Assembly: GCF_009834535.1 (NCBI RefSeq)
Contig: NC_045696.1
Span: 81,842,001 to 81,906,000 of the forward strand
DNA from: Camelus ferus
Taxonomy: Eukaryota
DNA length: 64,000 nucleotides
Reading direction: 5' to 3'
Position 1 is the stretch's first letter; the number at the start of each line of letters is the position of its first letter. A program made the translations under genes and the position numbers. The notes under the pieces were generated by a model, which searched no databases, was not told the DNA's origin, and was given only the letters and a program-made list of their open reading frames with translations. Below are positions 51,701-62,719 of the stretch, one piece after another.

Positions 51701-54700
51701 CATTTTCTTTGAGCACCTGGCAACAGACGGTGTGTCCACAGGATGGACGTAAACAGGTGGAGCTGGCTGCAGCCCAAACCCACCCAGCTCTCGCACCTAC
51801 TAGCTGTGTAACTTGATTAGCAAGTTTTTTTTTTTCATATCACTGCTGCTTTTAGGAGGAAAGTCAGACACTTCAAATGTCTGAGTTAAACCAAGCAAAT
51901 AAATACCACACAAGTAAGATCAGTCATTCTAAATGTAGGGATCCACTAATTTAATCCATCAGATTGTTTCAGTATTTGCTATGGCCTAGAAAGCCTACTC
52001 AGTACTTGGAACACAGTAATAAGCAAAGATAGACACAGTTCCTACTCTCACAGAAAGAAAGGAAGAAAGAGAGAAAGAGAGAGAGAGAGAAAGAAAGGAA
52101 GGAAGGAAGGGAGAATCTTCAAAATAACAGGAAAGTTTGGGGGCATTTTTATTCACACTTTTGCCTCCCTACTCCAGTGCAGCAGCAGTTTTGAGGTTGA
52201 AGCAGCAGCAGCCCAGTTTCCTCCCTTGAACAAGAGGGAACAGAGCAGAGCTTACTTGAAAACCATCAGTACATCTGTTCTGACCTGTCTGGGACATACT
52301 TGAACTAACACAAGACTCTCATCTTCAGTTCACCCAGCTTGGAACTTAGATGGAGAAAGCAGTAGGCACTGCTTGTAAAAAATTACAGACTCACAGATGC
52401 CTGGGACAAGAGATTATAGGTGGAAACAACCAATAGACTGTCTAAGAACTGGAGGCGAGTTAGATAAAATTCTTCAAGAAGTTAGGGCATTCAAAAGCAG
52501 CTCTCTATAGGGGGGATTTAGAAAACTACATACATGCCCAGGCAAGATGTGTACCCAGAAAAGACCTGAAAAGGCCTTAAGTTTTTACTGTGGGCTGATT
52601 CCTAGGATCAGAGTAAGCCTACCTAAGTACTAACGGAGTGTCTTAACACAAAACCAAGCTGCAAAGACTGGAAGAAGTAATTGGATTTTTTTGCTTTTCT
52701 GCTTCTCTTCTTTAAATTTTTTTGTGTGAGTTTTTGTTGTTTTGTTTGTTTAGCTCCTGGCATTCAAGGAATCTGTCAAAATATTAGCTGAACATGAGCT
52801 AAAGGAACAGACAATTCTGTGACCACACACAATAAGGAATAGTCTTTGCAAAATAGTGTGGAAAAAATCTCAAAGCAAATAAACTACCACAACCTTCAGC
52901 AATAATAATTTTTTTAACAAACTGCAAACCCTGGTGAAGAGGGTAAATCTGATTTCCAAAGTTACATTATAATTGTCAAAAGCTTAATTTTCAACAACAA
53001 AAAATATCACAAGGCATACAAAGAAAGAAAAAATATAATACATTCCAAGGAACAAACAAATTGACAGAAACCACCCTTGAAAATGCCAGTTATTGGATTT
53101 GCTAAACAAAGACTTCAAAACAACCATACTAAATATGCTCAGAAAAACTAAAGAAAAATCTGAACAAAGAACTAAAGGAAATCAGGAAAGCAATTTACAA
53201 ACTAAATAAGAATGTCAGTAAAAGAGAGAAATTATAAAAGCAAACCAAATAGAAATTCTGAAGCATTATGGGAGTCCTAAAGAAGAAAGGGGAGATTATT
53301 TGAAGATTCATTGAAGAAATAATCTGAAAACTTTGCAGATGTGATGAAACACCTAAATCTACAAATCTAAGCAGCTCAGTGAACTGCACATAAACTCCCA
53401 CACCAAGAAACGTTATAATTAAACTGTTGAAAGACAAAGGGAGAATTCTGAAAGCAGCTGGAGAAGTGACTCCTGAATATGGAATCCTTAATAAGATTAC
53501 CAGCAGACTGCTCAGCAGAAACTTTGAAGACTAGAAGTCAGTGGAATGATGTAAAGTGCTGAAAGAAAGAACTTTCAACCAAGAAATTTATATCTGGCAA
53601 AACTGTCCTTCCAAAATGAGGGAGAAATTAAGACATTACCAGATAAATAAATGCTGACTACCCCTAGACCTACTCTACAAGAAATGTTAAAGAGAATCCT
53701 TTAGATTGAAACAAAGGACACAAGACAATAACCTGAAGCTGTAAGAAGAAATAAAAATCTCCAAGAAAGGTGAATACATGAGCAAATATAAAAGCCAGTA
53801 TTATTGCAATTTTACTTTGTAACTATGTTTTATTTCCCAAGATGGAAATTTATAGCTATAAAGGCATCCACTAAAAAAGATCTCAAATTAATAATCAAAC
53901 TGTAAACCTTGAGGAACCTAGAAAAATAAGAGTAAACTAAACTCAAAACTTGTAGAAGGAACTAATAAAGATTAGAGTGGAAATAAAGAATATAAAAACA
54001 AGAGAGAAAATCAATGAAATAAAAAGTTGATTCTATGAAAGTATCAACAAAATTGACAAACACTTAGATACACTTAGGGGAAAAAAACTCAAAAATTCCT
54101 AAAATCAGAAATGAAAATAGGAACATATTAACCTATTTTACAGAAATAAAAAGGATTTTAAGAGAATACCATGAGCCATCAAATTAGATAACCTACATGA
54201 AATTGATAAATTCTTAGAAATACACAATCTACCAAAAGCGACTCATGAAGAAATAGGAAATAGGTAAACCTGTAACTAGTAAAGAGATTAAGTCAGTAAT
54301 CAAAAACCTCCAAACAAAGAAAAGCCTAGGACCAGATGGCTTCACTGCTGAGGTCTACCAAATATTAAAAGAAGTAAGACCAGTCCTTCTCAAACTTTTC
54401 CTAAAAAATCAAAGCAAAGAGAACCCTTTCTAACTCATTCTATGAAGCCAGGATTAACCTCATATCAACACCAAAGACACTGCAAAACAAACAAAACCTA
54501 GAGACTAATATCCCTTACGAATATAGATGCAAACATCCTCAACAAAATCTCGGCAAACCAAATTCAGCGTATTAGACTATATATAAATGTATGAAATTAA
54601 ACATGTTGTACACCTTAAATTTATAGAATGTTATATGTCAAATGCATTTCAAATAAATAAATAAACAACAGCATATTAAAAGGATTAGATACCATGAGCA

Positions 54701-55449
54701 AGTAGGATTTATTCTTGGAATGCAAAAGATAGTTAACTTATGAAAACCAAGCAATGTAATACATCATAGCAATAACATGAAGGAAAAAACTACATTATCA
54801 TCTCAATTGATACAGAAAAATCATTAAACAAAATTCAATGCTACCTCATGGTAAAAAAAAAAAAAAGTACAGAAGAGAACTTCTTCAACATGATAAATAG
54901 GCCATATATGAAAAAAAAACCCCAGCTAACATAATACTCAAAGGTAAAAGACTGAAAGCTTTCCCTCTAAGATTAAGAACAAAACAAGGACACCTGATTT
55001 CACCACTTCTATTCATATAGCATCAGAGGTTCTAGCTAGAGCAATTAGGCAAGAAAAAGAAATAAAAAGCATCCAAATTGGAAAAGAAGTAAAATTACCT
55101 GTATTCACAAATGATGTGACCTTATACATAGAAACTCTTAAAGACTTCACACACACAAAAAAGAGCTCTCAGCTAATAAATAAATTTAGCGAAGTTCCAG
55201 GATACAAAGTCAACACTGCAAAATCAATTGCATTTTCTACACATTGGCAATGAACAATCTGAAATAGAAACTAAGAAAACAATTCCAGTAAGAGCTAAAA
55301 ATATAACACTCTTAGGAGAAAACATGTGAAAAGCTTCATGACACTGGATTTTGGCAATGATTTCTTGGATATACCACCAAAAAGTACAGACAACAAAAGA
55401 AAAAATAGGTAAGTTGGACTTGATCAAAATTTAAAACTTTCGTGCATCA

Positions 55450-55597
55450 GAGGGGAGGGTATAGCTCAAGTGGCAGAGTACGTGCTTAGCATGCATGAGG
55501 TCCTGGGTTCAAGCCCCAGTATGCCATCTAAAATTAAATAAATAAATAAAACTAACTACCCCCCCCAACACATTAAATTTAAAAATTAAAAAAAAAA
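55450..55597 (+). mobile_element. Camelid-type tRNA-derived SINE nested in L1
   Basis: GGGGAGGGTATAGCTCAAGTGGCAGAGTACGTGCTTAGCATGCATGAGGTCCTGGGTTCAAGCCCC. TSD aaaactttYgtgcatca on both sides. Confidence 0.88.
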
Positions 55598-55707
55598 CTT
55601 TTGTGCATCAAAGGACACTATTAAGAGTGAAAAGACAACCTAAAGAATGGGAGAAAATAGTAAACATCTCAACTTAAAAATGAGCAAAGGACTTGGATAA
55701 GCATTTC

Positions 55708-55709
<2 letters not shown>

Positions 55710-55744
<35 letters not shown>
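55710..55744. repeat. (TG)n microsatellite
   Basis: About 17 TG units. Confidence 0.9.
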
Positions 55745-55746
<2 letters not shown>

Positions 55747-56140
55747 ATACATACACAATGGCATATTATTCAGTCATAAAAAGGAATGAAATTGATACAT
55801 GCTACAACATGGATATAAACATCATGCTAAGTCAAACAGTGCAAAGTTAGACACAAAAGGACAAATATTTTTATTCCACTTATGTGAGGTACCTAGAATA
55901 GGCAAATTCATAGAGAAAGTAAAATAGAGGATATCAAGGGCTAGAGGGAGAGGGAATAGGGAGTTATGTTTAATAGAGTTTCTGTTTGGGATAGTGAAAA
56001 AGTTCTTGATATAGTGGTGACAGTTACACAACATTGTGTAATGTACTTTATGCCCCTGACTTATACATTTTAAAATGGTTAAAATAGTAAATTTTATGTT
56101 ATGTATATTTTGCCACAAACAAAAAGAAAATTTAGAGGAT

Positions 56141-56618
56141 ATGGCAACTAAATTCTAAGATAGCCCCCAGTGATCCTTGCCTCCTTATATTCAAAAATCG
56201 CCAATTGAGCATGGGCTGGACTCAGGGACTTACTTCTTACAAACAGGATAAGGAAAAAGTAACAGTATATGACTTAAAAGAGTCTAGGTCATTAATAAAT
56301 TGTGGCATCACTCTTCTTTGGATCATTCATTTGAAGCCATCCACTAAGTTGTAAAGAGATCCAAGGACAGGTGCATACAGTGATGGGCTGAGCACCTGTC
56401 AATAGCCCTGTGAGTAAGCTGGGAAGCAGATCCTACAGCTGTCAGTCATATGACTTCAGCCCCAGGTAACACCTTAAATGAACCCACCTAAGAGCTCCTG
56501 AGCCATCGCGTTCAACTACCCTGACTCTGGATTTCTGATCCTCAGATACTATGAGGTACCTGTTGTTTTAAGCTCCTAAATTTTGGAATTTTTTAATGCA
56601 GTAATTGATAACTAACAC
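56141..56618 (+). mobile_element. MLT1-type LTR
   Basis: ttctaagatagcccccagtgatcc...ctgatcctcagatactatgag..tgttgttttaagct..gcagtaattgataactaacac. Confidence 0.65.
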
Positions 56619-56849
56619 CAGAGATGGGGGTGAGGAAAAGATGTTAAAGCAAGAGTCCAAGTATCATGATAAAGAATAATCACAAAATGCCAGTATATTC
56701 ATCACCTAAAATTTCACATTTTACAATTTACTAAAGTTTCTCAAGTTAGTCACTTGCTGTGTTAGACTTTAAAGGAACAAAAGGAGAAAATGTCAATCTT
56801 AAGAAATACGAAAGTTGAGCTCACACAGGATACCAAGATGGCTTGAATC

Positions 56850-59800
56850 AATTCCATTGGCATTAAAAGTTTTTATTTGGAATTTAATCCACAATCTATA
56901 CAAGTTATTTACAAGGCATGAAAATGGAAAACAGCGCAAAATACAATTGAGGTATAAGCTAAGAGCACAGTATGTCATGTTTCAATAAATATAATTCAAA
57001 ATTTGTAAACTAACTGACCAGATAGATGAGTCTTGTTTTATAGTAAAACCATATAAAATATTTATTTCACGTGAGGTAGAGGACAGTTTTGTGTGTCATG
57101 TAATGCAACCAACCACAGCAATTTTAACCATAAAACTGTACATCATTGGCAAAATTTTAAATTGAATTATGGTCAATGTAGTCAACAATTTGTGTCAATA
57201 GTTGCACAACAGATCTTTCATTTACCGCGTTCACAGATTAGAAATTCAGAAATAATTTAAGACTACTGTGTTGGCTTAAAATTATCAGGATAAATAAATA
57301 CTTCTAATAGGATGGTTAAAAGCAAATATATTTTATTTCTTCCAAACTATAATTCCCCAAAAGTTGTTCAAGATTTAGCAATTCTTTTAGTAGGATTTTT
57401 TTTTTTCACTAGAACTACTTTAAGTATGCTGTGCTTTATTTTCAAGTGAGGTATCTATATTGAAGAAAAAACTTTGTAAATTTCTTTACATTCAACCAAC
57501 TTAATACACTATTTTGTTTTCTGGGCTTAATTTTTAAATTTCAATTTTTACATTTGTTCATTTTAATTCAAAAACAGTAGCACTATATAAGACATTTAAG
57601 TCTATCACTAAAGAAACAAGCTCCAAATTGCATTATGTAATTTAGAAACCATTGAAAATGGGAAGATTTTACAAAAGAAAAAAAAAAACTGTCCTTTTAA
57701 ACAAGATGCAATATAGACTACCCATATGAATTTCTTCCAATAATAGAAATAAATTTAAGCTGTTTAAATTATTCAATCCCACAATTTATAATACAGCAGT
57801 AATGTGTCCCTTATTGCTGACAGTTTCAATAAAAATAAGTAGTTTCAAGCACAGAAATAGATGTACAGTATGAGCACAACTTTCCATTATATTAATTTTT
57901 AATGTCCTGTCACGCAGATTAAATGTATAAGAGCAAATAAAAACGAGGATTCTTCCCTAAGCAATCAAAACATAAGTCATGGACAACAAAATTTTAGAAA
58001 CTGATCAAAAACCTTCAGCACCAGCTTTCCTATTACTTTCAGGGAAATAAAACATGTTTTCTGTTACTCGAGTTGCCTTATCATTTTACTTTCCTTCAAA
58101 CAGAAGCCATAGATGTGCAAATAAATTGGCTATTCTGTCATGACTTCTAAAATATATGGATAACCTGCAAGTATCATTGTACTCAGTCTATTATTTAGTA
58201 ACTGATTTTTAATTCAATATGTACACATGATTTTATATCTCAATTGGTAATATATTAAATATGTTATAAAATTAGTTCAAGAAGCATAAAACATCCCAAC
58301 TCTTCTGGACACAGAAATTCAAAAGCAAAAGAATATGCTTTACAAAACTAAAGCACAAGCCAAAATTATATTGTTGGTCAAATCCTTTGATAGTGTCCTA
58401 AGTTGTATTTGTGATATCAGGGTGGTTTAGAGCTTTCTCAATGACAGCAGGTTTTATGTTTCTATAGATTTGGTACCTTCTTCTCATGAAGTTTAGAGTA
58501 TAGAAACTGTCGTCACCCAAATTAAACATCACTTGTCACCCAGTAAACTAATATTCTATCTTTTCTTCTTTTTAAAGATGCTCTAGCACTCTTGATAGGC
58601 CATTCCTTTAACACAGGTTTTTAAAGTAAATATTTTTGTATTTTTCCTACAAAGAATAACATTATAAAGTCTGAGGGAAAATCTGCTTTCCTGATGAATT
58701 GGCACACAAAAACTAACACCAAAACAACTAACACCAAAACAAACTTCAGGCTAGCAATCAACACACAAAATGAGCATGCCAAGAATAAGAGTAAGTTTAT
58801 ACGGGTATTTTAAGCAGAGGCCACTTGTAAAGTATTACAAAGTCTCAATAGTTTCAAGCTATGTGGTACAAGTTTAACTTAAAATGACTTTTAACTAGAA
58901 TAGGCATAATATTTACAATTGACTAAAAAAAACTATTTTCAAAGAAGTTAGACAGAAACCTATGGCACATCGATGTAGCTTCTGGAAAATAAAGACTATA
59001 CAATTTCACGTGGCAAGTTTCCCTTATGTGAAGGACCAGAAAAAGCAGTTCTTTACTCAATTTTAAACTAAGAGTTTATGAAATTTAAAGGTAATTAAGC
59101 ACTGCTTAGAATTTTCAAATAACATATTTCAAAGATTAGGCAATTTATTTTAGAAGTTTTGAGTTAAAACCTAAGTAAGCTAATTATTTAAACTAAGTAA
59201 CATAAGTAGATTTTGAGTGAATCAGAAAAATAAATGAAATTACAGGGCCTTGAGTTTTGTCTCCCAAAAAGCTTAGCTATGACACAGCTAATTTACAACT
59301 AAAATGAAACTATGTCATAAAATGTCTTTGTGATTTTTCTTTCTCCAGATAAAGATAAATAAGAGGTAATAGGAGGGCATGTCACTTTTAATATTTGTTC
59401 CTATATGTCATTTTAGACATGTGTTCCTCCTTGAGTAGGTTCCAATAATCAACAAAGTAAACTGCAGGGTTAATATAGTAAAATTTGAATGGAAAATAGA
59501 AAATAAACACTTAGACCACACTCTAGTGAAGAAACTATACTTCGAGAAGTATAAAAATTCTTTTAGGATATATTAAGTACCATTAAGCAAAATATGAAAA
59601 TAACTGGTTAAATGATAACATCTTTATTTTTGAAGTTCTATATCATTAGAGTATCCATCACCTATGGTGGGAATAGTAAATAATCTTAATCCTAGCTGAA
59701 TTATTTTAAAAACAAATTTAGGTCTCAAGTTATTTCATACAATACCTTACACAAGAATATAAACATGAAATTCATGGGATAATAATGTCAATTAATGGCA

Positions 59801-61084
59801 GATTCTGGAAAAGTCTTTTAAAAAATACATACTAAGAATTTTACCTAGTACCTGTTAAGCCAAGATTTAAGTAATATGAAATTTGCTATTAAAAGAATGA
59901 CAGGCTTTCTGTGCAAAAAAAAAAAAAAAAAAAAAAGTGCAGAAGTTGCCCCTCCCCCAAACTATGGAATTCCTTTGTCTTCTAAAAATTATCTAAAAAT
60001 CTTTTAGTAGCAATAACTAAACACTACCAGCTGACTGTATATTCCTGATTTTGATATTAAATAGTAACTGAAAATGGTCCATTCGTGCAAATTTTGGTAA
60101 GACTTGACATTTAAACATACAAAAGTCCAAAATAATCTTCAAGGTGTTTAATATTTTACAATTTAAAGGAAAACAAATCCATTAAGGAAAACAAATCCAT
60201 TATATAAATTGTAGTAAGACCCATAACTACATATAAAAACTGTACAGGAGGATTATGGATTGTATAGAAACTGATACACATCAATGTTATCAGTTTTTCT
60301 CAAGTACATTAATATTCTCACACCACTATTAACAACATAAACAGAAGCTCAAAAATTATTACATTTTATTCCCTCTCCTGAAGTTGCTGCATAAAAATTT
60401 TTTTCTAAATATAACCCCATTTAAACAAAAAAAGCTAATTATAACTGCTTCTTGTGTTTAGCAGCAGTGTGTAAGAAAGCATATAATCCTTCCCCATGGG
60501 GTGTGCTATAACCCTCTATGGACAAAATGTCTCTCAGGAGACATTAAATAGAAGACAATCAGTGGAAATTCATTCCACAATATTAACAAAAGCAAATTTT
60601 GATTATAATAATGAGATTACTACATCAACTTAGACAGGAGACTGTATTAATAAAAAACATGGAGATTCAACTCCTTGAGTGGCTCTATAAATGAAATATG
60701 AAGCCGCCATTGTATCTAAAATTGAGTCTGAAATATGGATAACAAAACTGACCACAACTATTTTCCACCACACAATGCAGCTTTTAAAAAGTATGCAACT
60801 GCTAAATTTGCATTAGAAATATAGGCAGATAATATTATAGTTGAAATCATATAGTACTGTTACTAAGCTAGTTGAAAAAAAGTTCAAAGAAACATACACT
60901 TTCATTCATTTGGAAAATGTAAAAATTGATGTACCAATATATAATCTCTTCACTTTCTCTGACCTACAAATGGATAGAATGCCTAGTTATTTCATGCAGA
61001 TAAATTGTTCAGAATTCAATGACCAAGCAAACAAACAAAAATAAACCCTGTTGGGAATACACAGATGAATCTCTTTAAAGATTT
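56850..61084 (-). other. SKIL: SKIL long AU-rich 3'UTR
   Basis: Apparently transposon-free AT-rich region between the stop codon and the distal AATAAA, containing miRNA seed matches. Confidence 0.7.
56872..56877 (-). terminator. SKIL: Probable SKIL distal polyadenylation signal
   Basis: Minus strand ccAAATAAAaacttttaatgccaatgg at the end of an apparently repeat-free, AU-rich 4.2-kb stretch after the SKIL stop. Confidence 0.7.
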
Positions 61085-61243
61085 TTATTCTTTAACAGTC
61101 TTTGATGATTTCAAAATTTGCAGCTTTAGTTCTTTTATCATCATCTCTAATTTCTGTCTTGCCTCCCGTTCCTGTCTGAGTTCATCCTGGAGTTCTTGCC
61201 TATCAGCCTCTGCATGGTCCAATCTCTGTCTCAGTTCTGCCAG
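61085..61243 (-). CDS. SKIL: SKIL (SnoN) terminal coding exon
   Basis: Acceptor cacac[60 protein letters not shown], the SnoN coiled-coil C-terminus. Confidence 0.96.
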   Translation of the reverse strand: MAELRQRLDHAEADRQELQDELRQEREARQKLEMMIKELKLQILKSSKTVKE

Positions 61244-61899
61244 CTGTGTGATTTAAAAGAGTGTGTCAGTTTTCACTTAGTTTTGTTTTTCCATTTACTC
61301 CTCACATCATGGCAAAGATCTACTTTCAAATTACTTTTTACAAAATGAGCTGTTTTATATATACTGCAATCTCCTGAACATCTAATACTATTAATCTGAC
61401 TTTGACATAACCTTAAAATGAGGGAAAAACAAAGGGTCAAGAGAACTGAACCTAGAGCACGTTCACGATGCCGTAACACTTCAGTACCCCTCTCATCACA
61501 GCCTGCTCACACTGAGTTATTTGTTCATCTTCCCCAAGTTGTGAGTTCATTTTTGCTCCAGGGCTTGTGAACACAGTGGGCAACAGTTCATGGTTGTTAA
61601 TTCACTTGATTTGAAAGCACATATACTACATTAAAATCATATAACATTTGATATTCAGACAGCTAGAGATTTAGACAACTCAATTACAGAAACCCATAAA
61701 AGTTTAAAGTAATAAAGCAATCAAGGTCAAAAAATCATCTTAGATGATACAGCATTAAGTTGTATTTAATGGAATTCTCTATTTTGAAATCTAGTCTAAT
61801 GAAACAAGCTTGAAAAAAAGTAATTTCTTTAATGAGTAAAGTAACAGCTTCAATTTCCACACTGAAAGGGCAACACTATACAAACTGAGTAATTCTTAC

Positions 61900-62124
61900 C
61901 TGCGCTGCATATTCAGCCTCTTTATCTTTTTCTAAATTTGAGTCACAGGTACATTTCTGCTTCATTACCTGCTCCAATTTTTTCTCTAAGTCCTTCTGTT
62001 CAACATAAAATTCTTCCATTTTATGAGCATGTTCATTCTGCAAAGATTCGAGCTCTTTCTGTAAATTCTGCTGTTCTTCAGTGAGCTCCTTCATAGCTTT
62101 TGAACTACTCAACATTTCAACTTC
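61900..62124 (-). CDS. SKIL: SKIL penultimate exon (225 nt, phase 0-0)
   Basis: ttacAG|GAA ... [49 protein letters not shown]...DKEAEYAAQ. Confidence 0.96.
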
Positions 62125-62419
62125 CTGTAATTTAAAGAATCACAATACAATTTTTACTTTACTTCCATCATGTTAAAATTTTCAAGTCAGGAAAGAACAG
62201 GACAGAAAAAATCTAAAATTCCACTGTCATATCAATTCTACATAGAAGTAATTATCTAGAAAAATTATTTTCTCTAAAGATTTAAAAGTATATTAATCTT
62301 TCTGATGAACGTAAAACTGAATAATCTTAAATACATTTGCAGCATGTTATCATGACTTTTCTTAAGAATACGCAGAAGTATCTTTTCACAATGGACTATT
62401 ATTTAGATAACAATTTTAC

Positions 62420-62662
62420 CATCTGAAGTTGTTGCTTCTTCTGTAAAATTGAGTTCAGTTTTTCCTGTTGTTTTACGTAAGTTTTCATTACTTCCTCCAT
62501 GATTTTTCCCTTATCATCCTCACAAATGACATCTTTGACAAGAACTGGAGGATGAAGCTACAGCATCATGGTCAGCTCCCACCTTGCTTGTGTCCCTGGT
62601 TGAGTTGCAGGTAGTAGACTCAGGTTTCTTTTTACTTGTAGAATTACTCGAAACTGATGGAT
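62420..62662 (-). CDS. SKIL: SKIL antepenultimate exon (243 nt as assembled, with an apparent +1 frameshift)
   Basis: tctcaaAG|AT ... ATG|GTAAAA. The 5' part reads (D)[19 protein letters not shown].. and the 3' part [43 protein letters not shown], but the two SnoN-like halves are in different frames. Confidence 0.9.
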
Positions 62663-62719
62663 CTTTGAGAGGCAAAAATGAAGTAAGAGTATTAATATCA
62701 CTCTGTTAAAAAGTAACTT

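Larger units (their letters stand above)
52115..56128 (+). mobile_element. Degenerate old L1M (5'UTR, ORF1 and ORF2 remnants with deletions, 3'UTR)
   Basis: Recognisable ORF1/ORF2 DNA motifs (ccagatggcttcactgctga, ttctatgaagccaggattaacct, gcaattaggcaagaaaaagaaataaaaagcatccaaattggaaaagaagtaaaatt), many stops, and an L1M 3'UTR ending in an A-rich tail. Confidence 0.9.

Noticed and set aside
55452..55525. tRNA-Ala(AGC)-like sequence, also near 6385-6456, 21310-21385 and 35735-35810
   Set aside because: Each copy has an A-rich tail and a degenerate acceptor stem, and three have flanking duplications. These are SINE heads, not tRNA genes.
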